NCBI GenBank assembly: GCA_043810345.1
Contig: JBDROF010000022.1
Coordinates: 1,351-65,350 of the forward strand
Direction of reading: 5' to 3'
Length of the DNA stretch: 64,000 nucleotides
DNA from: Bacteroidota bacterium
GTDB taxonomy: Bacteria; Bacteroidota; Bacteroidia; Bacteroidales; FEN-979
Made by a program: the position numbers and the translations under genes
The notes under the pieces: model-generated
What the model was told of the DNA's origin: nothing
The model's input: the letters and a program-made list of their open reading frames with translations, nothing else
Database searches by the model: none
Shown: positions 10,655-19,842 of the stretch, piece after piece
Position numbering within the stretch: position 1 is the stretch's first letter
How the letters are laid out: each line of letters starts with the position of its first letter

Positions 10655-11474
10655 GGGTATAATTCCTGATGATTTCTTTTTTCTCTTGGTCATTTATGCG
10701 AACCAGGTTCGATATCAGCCATCCGGAGTTGTTCTGGTAGCGGTTGAAATAGGAGACTTCGAAGTACCAGTTAGGGATCTGGAAGAAGTGAAATTTCACA
10801 TGCTGGGATGAAACAAACTTGAGGTTTCCTTCCTGGTACTCTTTCAGAAAGATTGCAAGCTGGTCGGGATGGTAATCTTTTTCAAGGTAATAACCGATCT
10901 TAGTTGGATCGCCGAACATTTTACGCAGGTTCATGAAGTCCAGCTCATGGCTCATCGGGTGGAGGAAGTTATCGCCGCTGATGCTGTCTCCTACATGGTT
11001 AAAGAATCTCTCAAAGGTGGTGGAATAGACATTGGAGAGAACCCACTTGTAACCCAGGCGCTCTCTCTCCAGCTTAAAATAGAGGATCATATGAATCTTT
11101 TCACGTTTGTAAGTAAACTCCGTACTCACCTCGGCAAACCAATTATTGGAATGGAAGTCCAGAAAGAGTGGATTTTTCTTGCCGTTCACTTCCAGAAGGA
11201 AGATCTCCCTGGTATCAACTGAGATCAGTGGACTGGAGAGATCAAACAGAATATTCAGATATTTTTTTCGAAGTTTCGCATCGCGGAAATCACCATCGGT
11301 GCTGTAGAGTCGCTTTCCGGTGACGTCCTCTTCCCCGTTGAAGCGCCGGAAAAACTGGTTGATCTGTTTTGTTTGTGCGTATAGAATCGACTCATCGCCC
11401 TGGAAAGTTCGGATCTGTCCCTGCGAAAGAACCGAACTAACCACAAGGATCAGGACTATTGGGATCTTCTTCAT
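10644..11474 (-). CDS. Uncharacterised exported protein
   Basis: Long ORF; signal peptide from MKKIPIVLIL (ATG 11474); tight operon context. Confidence 0.75.
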   Translation of the reverse strand: MKKIPIVLILVVSSVLSQGQIRTFQGDESILYAQTKQINQFFRRFNGEEDVTGKRLYSTDGDFRDAKLRKKYLNILFDLSSPLISVDTREIFLLEVNGKKNPLFLDFHSNNWFAEVSTEFTYKREKIHMILYFKLERERLGYKWVLSNVYSTTFERFFNHVGDSISGDNFLHPMSHELDFMNLRKMFGDPTKIGYYLEKDYHPDQLAIFLKEYQEGNLKFVSSQHVKFHFFQIPNWYFEVSYFNRYQNNSGWLISNLVRINDQEKKEIIRNYTHEN

Positions 11475-11558
11475 CTGATTGCACATATGGATATGAAAAA
11501 TGCAGCATGCAGCGGGAGGTTTATCTACTGCATCCTGCATGTTCATCGGTAGATTATA

Positions 11559-12134
11559 TTATTTAGAGGTTTCTTTGACCCGGATATCTCCCAGTAACAC
11601 GTCCCAGAAGCCGATCAGTCGACCTCCAATCTGTGTCTCCTTACGTTTGACATACACCGTGATATCCTTTTTAGTGGTATCCTCATAAACCAATCCCTTC
11701 TCCTTGTCATACCCCTGGAAGCGCTGGAAAACCGTGATCACTCCCACATAGGTTCCATCGGGTTGGCGTTCCAGATCACTCACATACTGTATCTTGTACC
11801 ACTCAATTACCACCCGGTCGTAGTTCAGTTGCATCAGGCGGTCGAAATACTTCCGGATCTTGTAGTAATGAACTTCGGGACGGGAGAGGGAGGATACCCC
11901 CATTTCACTGCCCGGCATGAACAATTCAACAGCCCGTTCGATCACCCGTTGAGCTTCTGACCATGGTGTATCTTTGTTCCCGATGATGCTGATGTATTTA
12001 CTCAAGTCGCGGACCTTTTCCAGGGCCAGACTGTCGATTGCCTGTTTCCGTTGCGGGGAGATGTCATCTCTTTCCTGTGCAAACAGTCCGGCTGACAGCA
12101 GGACTAGGCCAACTATTATCAATGTTCGTTTCAT
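11559..12134 (-). CDS. Uncharacterised exported protein
   Basis: Signal peptide MKRTLIIVGLVLLSAGLFAQ; 4-bp gap to upstream gene. Confidence 0.8.
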   Translation of the reverse strand: MKRTLIIVGLVLLSAGLFAQERDDISPQRKQAIDSLALEKVRDLSKYISIIGNKDTPWSEAQRVIERAVELFMPGSEMGVSSLSRPEVHYYKIRKYFDRLMQLNYDRVVIEWYKIQYVSDLERQPDGTYVGVITVFQRFQGYDKEKGLVYEDTTKKDITVYVKRKETQIGGRLIGFWDVLLGDIRVKETSK

Positions 12135-12138
12135 GGAT

Positions 12139-12954
12139 CTACTTTTTTATAAGGTCAAGTTCTTTGATCTTTCCGGCTGCATCCAGCTGATAGGACTCCA
12201 CTTTATTACGGCTCTCTTTCTGATCTTTCAGGAAGTTCAGGTAGTTGTTTACCGTAGTTGGTTTATCGTAATCCACAATGGCTCCCTGCTTGCTGATGAT
12301 GATGAGGACCGGCACATCCGGTGCTGAAAAATAGTTGAGGGCTGCCTCGATCAGGTTGTTGGCCATGCTGGTATTCCCAGCCCGGGAAGCGTCGGCGATA
12401 GACTGGAATGAACTTTCCAGCTTGCTTGTCAATGTCATCTCAACGGAAGAATATTTTCGCATATCGCTGATCTTCTTCTCCAGGCGTGAGATCAGCTCAT
12501 CGATTTCCGAATTCCTCAGATTCTCCGCTTTGATCTTGTTCATCTCATGCTCGAGTTCGTCGGCCGAGAGGTTTTGTTTATTGACCAACAAGTCGAATAG
12601 TTTGTTTCGAGCCACCGCCACCTTTTGCTCCTGCTCTTTATGGTAGTCCGCATAGGCCTTTTTGCTCTTTTGTTGTGCCTGGAGGATCAGCTGGTTCAGT
12701 TCATCATCTCCGAAATTCTTATTGATCGCATCAGATATAGCCCTGTCCTGCTCCTCGAGGGTCATCTTGGTGGTTCCATTGATGATCTCGCGCATCTGCT
12801 TTTTGTACATCTCGATCTGTGCCTTTTTCTCCTTCCTGGTCAGTTTTCCTGACGACTTGCAGGAATCGAAGCTCACAGCAACTATTGCGATGAGTGCGAT
12901 GACCACAAATGACTGCCAGCTAACGGATTTTAATCTACTTACGGTAGTTGCCAT
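12139..12954 (-). CDS. Uncharacterised putative lipoprotein with coiled-coil region
   Basis: Hydrophobic leader ending FDSC-KSS (possible lipobox), helical charged middle, C-terminal 'DYDKPTTVNNYLNFLKDQK'. Confidence 0.75.
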   Translation of the reverse strand: MATTVSRLKSVSWQSFVVIALIAIVAVSFDSCKSSGKLTRKEKKAQIEMYKKQMREIINGTTKMTLEEQDRAISDAINKNFGDDELNQLILQAQQKSKKAYADYHKEQEQKVAVARNKLFDLLVNKQNLSADELEHEMNKIKAENLRNSEIDELISRLEKKISDMRKYSSVEMTLTSKLESSFQSIADASRAGNTSMANNLIEAALNYFSAPDVPVLIIISKQGAIVDYDKPTTVNNYLNFLKDQKESRNKVESYQLDAAGKIKELDLIKK

Positions 12955-12962
12955 GATTCGGG

Positions 12963-14054
12963 TTATTGAGGTTTGTAAAACGGTAATGCTACCACTTTTG
13001 CTTTCAGGGCTTTATCCCGGATTTTTATAACTATTTCACTTCCTTCCTTTGCCAGGGTTTTCGGCACATACCCCATGCCGATCGCTTTTTTTACAGCCGG
13101 ACCCATCGTTCCGCTGGTGACCTCTCCAATCAATTGACCCTGCTCATCCATGATTTCGTAACCATGCCGTGGGATTCCCCGGTCGATCATCTCAAAACCA
13201 ACGAGTTTTCGCGAAACGCCTTCCGCCTTCTGAATCAATAACGCATCCTTATGAATAAAATTTTTCTCCTCTGTGAATTTTGTAATCCACCCCAAACCGG
13301 CTTCGAGAGGCGAAGTGGTGTCGTTGATGTCGTTTCCGTAAAGACAAAAACCCATTTCGAGTCGAAGGGTATCCCGGGCAGCCAGTCCGATAGGCTTGAT
13401 GCCAAATTCGGCACCCGCTTCCATCACCGCTTTCCAGATCCGTGGTCCATCTTCATTGGCCATATAAATCTCACACCCTCCTGAGCCGGTGTAACCCGTA
13501 GTGGAGAGGATCACATCTTTCACCCCGGCAAAGGTCATCTTTTTGAAGGTGTAATACTTCATGTCGGGGAGGGGTGTTTCCGTCAGCTTTTGCATCGCTT
13601 CCAACGCTTTGGGTCCCTGGATGGAGAGTTGGGCAATCTCGTCGGAGGCGTTGTAGAGGATCGCGCCCATTTTGTTTTGCTTATTGCACCAGGCCCAGTC
13701 TTTGGCGATATTGGCCGCATTGACCACCAGCAGGTAGTTCTCCTTGTTGATCCGGTAAACCAACAAGTCGTCCACAATACCCCCTTCATCGTTGGGAAAG
13801 CAGGAGTATTGAACCTTGCCGTCAAACAGCTTCGATGCGTCGTTGGAGGTGACCCACTGGACAAATTCAAATGCTTCAGGACCCTTCACCCAGAATTCAC
13901 CCATGTGGGATACATCGAACACACCCACCCCATTTCGAACGCTTTCGTGTTCGATATTGACACCTTCGTACTGCACCGGCATGGTATATCCTGCAAACAA
14001 GACCATTTTAGCTCCCAACTCTTCGTGAAAGTTCGTAAATGCAGTCCGCTTCAT
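12963..14054 (-). CDS. gcvT: Glycine cleavage system aminomethyltransferase T
   Basis: 'FDVSHMGE', '[10 protein letters not shown]', '[11 protein letters not shown]', '[13 protein letters not shown]'. Confidence 0.97.
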   Translation of the reverse strand: MKRTAFTNFHEELGAKMVLFAGYTMPVQYEGVNIEHESVRNGVGVFDVSHMGEFWVKGPEAFEFVQWVTSNDASKLFDGKVQYSCFPNDEGGIVDDLLVYRINKENYLLVVNAANIAKDWAWCNKQNKMGAILYNASDEIAQLSIQGPKALEAMQKLTETPLPDMKYYTFKKMTFAGVKDVILSTTGYTGSGGCEIYMANEDGPRIWKAVMEAGAEFGIKPIGLAARDTLRLEMGFCLYGNDINDTTSPLEAGLGWITKFTEEKNFIHKDALLIQKAEGVSRKLVGFEMIDRGIPRHGYEIMDEQGQLIGEVTSGTMGPAVKKAIGMGYVPKTLAKEGSEIVIKIRDKALKAKVVALPFYKPQ

Positions 14055-14095
14055 GAGGTTATTATTGGTCCTATAAACCGTTCTGGAGATCGCTG

Positions 14096-14154
14096 CAAAA
14101 TTAGAAAAAATAATCAGGGATCATGGTGATGTTCATATTTATATAATAACTTTG
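14096..14154. promoter_or_regulatory. Divergent Bacteroidota -7 promoter boxes
   Basis: TAATTTTG on minus strand (14096-14103) toward gcvT; TAACTTTG on plus strand (14147-14154) toward the CapD-like gene. Confidence 0.6.
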
Positions 14155-14160
14155 CCGGCT

Positions 14161-16026
14161 ATGATGAACCTGCGACAAAACACGCCCCGGTGGCTGATTT
14201 TCCTGATCGACATGCTCATCGTTTTCACCTCGGTGATCATTGCCTACCTGTTAAGGTTCAATTTCGATATCCCGCAGGTTGAACTGGATCCCCTCCCCCA
14301 GATCCTTATTTACATGCTGGTCATCCGTACTGTTTCGTTCCTGATTACCAAGTCCTACGCCGGGATCATCAGGTATACCAGCACCGCCGATGCCTTGCGG
14401 GTGCTTTTCACGCTGCTTGCCGGCAGTGTTTGGTTCGGTTTGACAAACGTAGGTACGTATCTCTATGACCACACCTTCTTCATCCCCTTCTCCATCATCA
14501 TCATCGACCTGCTTGCCAGCACTTTTGGCATGGTTACCTTCAGAATGGTGGTGAAGATCGCATTCCTGGAGTTTCAAAACCCGTTACGATCAAAGGTCAA
14601 TGTGATCATTTATGGCGCCGGAGAAGGTGGAATCACTGCCAAGCGGGTCCTTGACCGGGATGCAGGGACCAAATACAAAGTGCTGGGCTTCATCGACGAT
14701 GATCCGGCGAAAGCTGGAAAGAAGCTGGAAGGAATCGACATCATGGGGCCCGATAAGTTGGAAAACCTCCTGAATACCAATACCATTGCCCACGTGATCC
14801 TCTCCATTCAGCGTTTTGATCCGGTAAAAAGAGAGCAACTGGTCGATCTTTGTCTGAGTCATCAAACAAAGGTGCTGACCGTTCCCCCGATGATCCGGTG
14901 GATCAACGGGGAGCTGAGCTTCAAACAGATCCGGAAGATCAACATCAAAGAGTTACTGGAGCGGGAGGAGATTCATCTCGACGACAAAATGATCTCCCGG
15001 GAGATCACCGGGAAGGTGATCCTGGTAACCGGCGCTTCCGGCTCCATCGGCAGCGAGATTGTCAGGCAACTGGTGAGGTTTCACCCGAAAAAACTGCTCC
15101 TGGTCGACCAGGCTGAAACCCCACTCCATTTCCTCGAACTGGAGTGGATGAATAATGTTGCGGGAACGGAATTAGCGTTTATCCTGGGAGACATCACAAA
15201 CGAACCGAGGATGACAGGTGTGTTTGCTGCAGACAAACCAGATGTGGTCTACCATGCAGCCGCTTACAAGCATGTCCCGATGATGGAGGCGAACCCGTTG
15301 GAAGCCGTCCTCACCAATGTTCAGGGGACCCGCCTGATGGCTGACCTGGCTATCGCCCATGGGGTGAAGAAGTTCATCATGGTCTCCACCGATAAAGCTG
15401 TGAACCCAACCTCGGTGATGGGCGCCACGAAACGGATGGCCGAAATTTACATCCAGTCGCTCGACAGGAGTGGTGTCACGAAGTTCATCACCACCCGCTT
15501 CGGCAACGTGCTGGGATCCAACGGCTCGGTCATCCCCCTCTTCCGCAACCAAATCGAGAGCGGGGGTCCGATCACCATCACCCATCCTGAGATCACCCGG
15601 TTTTTCATGACCATCACCGAAGCCTGCCGGCTGGTGCTGGAAGCCGGAGCCATGGGGAAAGGCGGGGAGATCTATATCTTCGATATGGGGAACTCGGTGA
15701 AGATCCTCGACCTGGCCAAAAAAATGATTCAGCTCTCGGGTCTCACACTGGGAAAAGATATCCAGATCCGGTACATCGGACTTCGTCCGGGCGAAAAGCT
15801 GTACGAAGAGCTCCTAAACAAAGAGGAGGACACCCTGCCTACTCATCACGAGCGAATCCTGATCGCCAAGGTCAGGGAGTACGATCTGGAAGAGGTCAAA
15901 CGGCACACCAACGAACTGATCACCATGACCGCCACCAACACCGCCCTGGATCTGGTGAAGAAGCTGAAAGAGGTGATCCCGGAGTACCGGAGCCAGAATT
16001 CGGTTTTTGAGGAGTTGGATGTTTAG
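14161..16026 (+). CDS. Polysaccharide biosynthesis nucleoside-diphosphate-sugar dehydratase (CapD/PglF/WbpM family)
   Basis: N-terminal TMs, 'IYGAGEGG', 'LVTGASGSIGSEI', 'HAAAYKHVP', 'STDKAVNP', 'RFGNVLGS', 'RPGEKLYEEL'. Confidence 0.93.
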   Translation: MMNLRQNTPRWLIFLIDMLIVFTSVIIAYLLRFNFDIPQVELDPLPQILIYMLVIRTVSFLITKSYAGIIRYTSTADALRVLFTLLAGSVWFGLTNVGTYLYDHTFFIPFSIIIIDLLASTFGMVTFRMVVKIAFLEFQNPLRSKVNVIIYGAGEGGITAKRVLDRDAGTKYKVLGFIDDDPAKAGKKLEGIDIMGPDKLENLLNTNTIAHVILSIQRFDPVKREQLVDLCLSHQTKVLTVPPMIRWINGELSFKQIRKINIKELLEREEIHLDDKMISREITGKVILVTGASGSIGSEIVRQLVRFHPKKLLLVDQAETPLHFLELEWMNNVAGTELAFILGDITNEPRMTGVFAADKPDVVYHAAAYKHVPMMEANPLEAVLTNVQGTRLMADLAIAHGVKKFIMVSTDKAVNPTSVMGATKRMAEIYIQSLDRSGVTKFITTRFGNVLGSNGSVIPLFRNQIESGGPITITHPEITRFFMTITEACRLVLEAGAMGKGGEIYIFDMGNSVKILDLAKKMIQLSGLTLGKDIQIRYIGLRPGEKLYEELLNKEEDTLPTHHERILIAKVREYDLEEVKRHTNELITMTATNTALDLVKKLKEVIPEYRSQNSVFEELDV

Positions 16027-16046
16027 AAAGCCGCCATAAATGGAGT

Positions 16047-16139
16047 CAGTTGAACCACGGCACTCACCAGTTTGTCAAACATCAGATGACCTGGTTCCGC
16101 CGCATGGACAAGAGAGGCATTCCCATTCAGTGACTCGAT
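16047..16139 (+). pseudogene. miaA: Remnant of the C-terminus of tRNA dimethylallyltransferase
   Basis: Intergenic translation QLNHGTHQFVKHQMTWFRRMDKRGIPIQ*LD resembles the MiaA C-terminal HQFAKRQMTWFR motif; no start, internal stop. Confidence 0.65.
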
Positions 16140-16192
16140 TTACTCCCCTGACAAAAAGAACCCCTCTGATCATTGAGACGCTATCTTGTCAA

Positions 16193-19100
16193 TTATCTGG
16201 ATTTGTCAGGATAGGGTGGAATATCCGGCAGTTTTTCAGGCCAGTTTTTCAACTCCTCGAGGATCACCTCGATGGCTTTGTTCAGTTGCTCATCCTCTCC
16301 GGAATACTCTTTGGCAGGATCATTTACCACGACGATGTCGGGTTCCACGCCAACACCTTCCATGGCCCATTTATTTTCATTAAAATCGTAATTGGCGAAC
16401 TCGGGTTTCATGAGTGATCCTCCGTCGATAAAAGGAAGGGATCCCCGGATTCCGATCACTCCACCCCAGGTACGTTGTCCGATCAGTTTACCCAGCTTCA
16501 GTTGCTTGAACTGGAAGGGGAAGAGGTCGCCGTCCGAAGCTGAATACTGATCGATCAGGCAAACCTTAGGTCCCCACATAAAGGCGATGCGCCCCGGTAC
16601 AGGATCGGTATTCCGGGCCATCCGCATGATCACCGCTTCGCGCTGCAGCCGTTCAATGATCATCGGGGAGACGTTCCCTCCTCCATTGCCCCGGTCATCT
16701 ATGATCAGTGCCCGTTTGGTCAACTGTGGATAGAAATGCTTCACAAATTCGTTCAGTCCTCCCGGCCCCATATCGGGGATGTGGATATACCCCACCTGCC
16801 CGTTCGTGGCCTCCTCCACTTTTTGAATGTTATGCTGTACCCAGTTGTAATAGTAGAGGTCTGATTCATTATCCACCGGTACCACGATGGTTTTATGTGC
16901 TCCCTCCGGGGAGGGATTTCCATTCACGGTCAGTTCCACCTGCACGCCGGCTTTGTTCACCAGGGCCTGGTAGACATCGTTCATCTCTTTCGTGGAGAGT
17001 CCATCCACGGCAATGATGTAATCGCCCTCCGACACATCCACACCCAACTCGGTAAGGGGAGAACGGTTTTGCTTCGACCAGTTCTCTCCAATGAGAATCT
17101 CATCGATCCGGTAATATCCCGATTTATCGCGGGAAATGGCAGCTCCCAGCAAGCCGAGCTTGATCCGTTCCGGCTTAGGCTTGTCCCCGGCACTGACATA
17201 GGCATGCCCCACATTCAACTCTCCCACCATCTCACCAATGATGTAATTCAGGTCGTTCCGGTTATTTACATAAGGAACCAGCGGAGCGTATTTTTCCCGG
17301 ATGGCATCCCAGTCGACCCCATGCATGTTAGGCGCGTAAAAGAAATACTTCATCTGCCGCCACGACTCGTTGAAGATCTGGTTCCACTCCGCTTTCAGGT
17401 CGACCATGATCTTCATGTTCGAAAGGTCCACGTAGTCCTTGACGTCGATCTTGGATTTAGGCAGGTCAATCACGGCATATTTGTCCCCTTTTTCGAGCAG
17501 CATCTTTTTATGGTCAGTAGCAATCTCGTAGTTCCCGAAATCACCCAGTTCAGTCTCCTTTTTATCCTTGAGGTTGAACAGGCAAAGGGAGGGTTTCTCC
17601 ACACGTTTGCTCTTCACATAATAGACATTGTCGTCAATAGCGGTAATCCCACAGTAAACTCCTGCATCCAAGGGCAGGGCTACCGTTCGTCCCACAATCC
17701 CCTCCAGATCAACCTTCACCTCTTTCTCTTTTTTCGCATCTTTTTCCTCTTTCGGATCCTTTTCCTCTTTCTTCTCGACTTTTGACCCTTGATCCTCGAC
17801 CTTCGACCCTCGACCCTCGACCTTTTCCTCTTTCACCTCTACCTCGTCGTTTTCATAGGCGAAAGGAGATGGTGTACTTTTAGCCAGGGTGACGAAGTAG
17901 ATCTTGCTCATGTCGTTGTAAGCGTGGTTCCATTCCGTCCAGCTGTAGATCGGGTTGAAGTCGCGGTTTGAGGTAAAGAAGAGGTATTTGCCATCCGAAG
18001 AGAAATAGGGTCTTCCCACGTCGTACCATCCGTCGGTCACCGGTGTGGCCTTTTTGGAAGCCAGTTCGTACAGGAAGATCTTCGATTCTCCCCGCTGTGC
18101 CGGCTGGGTATAGGCGATCCATTTACTGTCTGGGGACCAGTTATAATCCCGGTATTCAAATTCTTTCGTCTCAGCTACCACTGTTACCTCTTTTGTTTCA
18201 ATATCCACATATTGCAATCGCAGCATCTTATCACCCCAGAGCAGCTTCTTGCCATCTGGCGACCATACGGGAAAATATTTATAGGTATCTGCATTTGTCG
18301 TGATCTGTACCGGGGATTCAGTGCCGTCCTGGTTGATGATGTAGATCTCATCCTCTCCGGTCTGATCGGAGATGAAGGAGAGGTATTTTCCGTCGGGCGA
18401 CCAGGCCACATCACGGTCGTGAATCCCGGAGGAGAGGGTCAGGTCCTTGGTTACGCCGGAGGTCACCGGAACGGTAAAGATATCTCCGCGGGCATCGAAT
18501 CCTAGCCGTTTCCCATCCGGAGAGATGGTGAAGGAGTTGATGATCTTGCCGGCATCCTTGAGTTGGTTTCTTCCAGTGATAAAGTCGTTGGCAATGCGGA
18601 TGTCCACCTTGGTGGATTGTTCGGCGGCCAGATCAAAAAAATAGATATACCCGCCATTCTCGTAAGCAATGGCCGCATCTCCCAGCGAGGGAAACTTCAC
18701 GTCGTAGTTAGTGTAGTTTGTCAGCTTCCGGGTCTCTTTTCTATTCAGGTCATAGACGAAGAGGTTCATGGTCCGGTCGCGGTCGGAGCAGAAATAAATT
18801 TTATCTCCTTTCCACATCGGGAAGATATCCTGGCCCGGGTTGTTGGTGATGTTTTCCGTGGTTTTTGTAGCAAAGTCATAGATCCAGATGTCGTCGGCCA
18901 TGCCTCCCCGGTAATATTTCCAGGTACGGAATTCACGGAACACTTTGTTATAGGCAAGTTTTTTCTTGTCGGGAGAATAGCTGCAAAAGCCGCCAACAGG
19001 AAGAGGAAGCTCCTCCGAGAGGCCTCCCTCCTTACGGATCAGAAAGAGCTGTCCTTTAAAACTGTTAAACGACTGTTTCCGTGAACGGTAAACTATGTGA

Positions 19101-19489
19101 TCGTCATCCCGCCAGGTTAGTACGATGTTGTTCGGTCCCATCCTGTCGGAGATGTCGTCGCGTCCCAGGGTGGCCGTGTAAGTCAGCCGTACCGGCACAC
19201 CCCCTTCGGCCGGGATCAGGAAGACCTCGGTATTCCCGTCATACTGTCCGGTAAAGGCGATGTTTTTCCCGTCCGGTGAGAACCGGGCAAACATCTCATA
19301 TCCTTCGGAATCGTTGGTCAGTTTGCGGGCTATCCCACCGGTTTTCGCAACGGTATAGAGATCCCCTGCGTAGGAAAATACGAGTTGATCGCCGTGGATG
19401 GCCGGAAACCGAAATAATCTTGCTTCTTCCTGGGCATGGGTAACGCCCAGTATTATCAAAGCAAACAGGGTAATGGTCAGTTTTTTCAT
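16193..19489 (-). CDS. Tricorn protease homolog (S41 family; PD40 propellers, PDZ)
   Basis: 'ARFSPDGK' repeats, 'GYIHIPDM', 'DDRGNGGG', 'SASDGDLFP', 'IGQRTWGGVIG'. Confidence 0.95.
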   Translation of the reverse strand: MKKLTITLFALIILGVTHAQEEARLFRFPAIHGDQLVFSYAGDLYTVAKTGGIARKLTNDSEGYEMFARFSPDGKNIAFTGQYDGNTEVFLIPAEGGVPVRLTYTATLGRDDISDRMGPNNIVLTWRDDDHIVYRSRKQSFNSFKGQLFLIRKEGGLSEELPLPVGGFCSYSPDKKKLAYNKVFREFRTWKYYRGGMADDIWIYDFATKTTENITNNPGQDIFPMWKGDKIYFCSDRDRTMNLFVYDLNRKETRKLTNYTNYDVKFPSLGDAAIAYENGGYIYFFDLAAEQSTKVDIRIANDFITGRNQLKDAGKIINSFTISPDGKRLGFDARGDIFTVPVTSGVTKDLTLSSGIHDRDVAWSPDGKYLSFISDQTGEDEIYIINQDGTESPVQITTNADTYKYFPVWSPDGKKLLWGDKMLRLQYVDIETKEVTVVAETKEFEYRDYNWSPDSKWIAYTQPAQRGESKIFLYELASKKATPVTDGWYDVGRPYFSSDGKYLFFTSNRDFNPIYSWTEWNHAYNDMSKIYFVTLAKSTPSPFAYENDEVEVKEEKVEGRGSKVEDQGSKVEKKEEKDPKEEKDAKKEKEVKVDLEGIVGRTVALPLDAGVYCGITAIDDNVYYVKSKRVEKPSLCLFNLKDKKETELGDFGNYEIATDHKKMLLEKGDKYAVIDLPKSKIDVKDYVDLSNMKIMVDLKAEWNQIFNESWRQMKYFFYAPNMHGVDWDAIREKYAPLVPYVNNRNDLNYIIGEMVGELNVGHAYVSAGDKPKPERIKLGLLGAAISRDKSGYYRIDEILIGENWSKQNRSPLTELGVDVSEGDYIIAVDGLSTKEMNDVYQALVNKAGVQVELTVNGNPSPEGAHKTIVVPVDNESDLYYYNWVQHNIQKVEEATNGQVGYIHIPDMGPGGLNEFVKHFYPQLTKRALIIDDRGNGGGNVSPMIIERLQREAVIMRMARNTDPVPGRIAFMWGPKVCLIDQYSASDGDLFPFQFKQLKLGKLIGQRTWGGVIGIRGSLPFIDGGSLMKPEFANYDFNENKWAMEGVGVEPDIVVVNDPAKEYSGEDEQLNKAIEVILEELKNWPEKLPDIPPYPDKSR
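17775..17823. repeat. In-frame 7-bp tandem array (7 units, TCGACCY) in the tricorn linker
   Basis: tcgactt ttgaccc ttgatcc tcgacct tcgaccc tcgaccc tcgacct; protein KVEGRGS-KVEDQGS-KVE. Confidence 0.85.
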
Positions 19490-19644
19490 CTTTTAATAAA
19501 TAAGTGATCCATCAGTGAAAGGCCAAATTTACTCAGAATCCCCGGATAAATATGACAACGCATTGATCAACGCCGTCAATGTATGCGCGGTGAAACGGCA
19601 CCTGTCGGCGAACATTGAACACGAGATACTGATTGTTAGGGCGT

Positions 19645-19802
19645 GAAGGACGAGGGACGAGGGAACGAGAGACGTGAGACGTGAGACGTGAGACGTGGGA
19701 CGTGGGACGTAGGATGTAGGCCGTCTTTCAGCCGAAGACTCTATCAGACGGAGCCTCCGTCAGCTTAACCAATCGCATATCCCGTATCGCGTATCGCGGA
19801 TT
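19645..19802 (+). repeat. Intergenic heptamer arrays (GTGAGAC type, 11 units at 19645-19722; GCGTATC type, 4 units at 19775-19802)
   Basis: gaaggac gagggac gagggaac gagagac gtgagac x3 gtgggac x2 gtaggat gtaggcc; gcatatc ccgtatc gcgtatc gcggatt. Confidence 0.88.
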
Positions 19803-19842
19803 CAGAATAATTTTGTAAGTTTGGAGTGCAACTCCTACCCGG

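Noticed and set aside
16895-17785. Long antisense ORFs (also 55657-56637, 57440-58084, 59184-59969)
   Set aside because: Fully inside well-supported genes on the opposite strand with no family features
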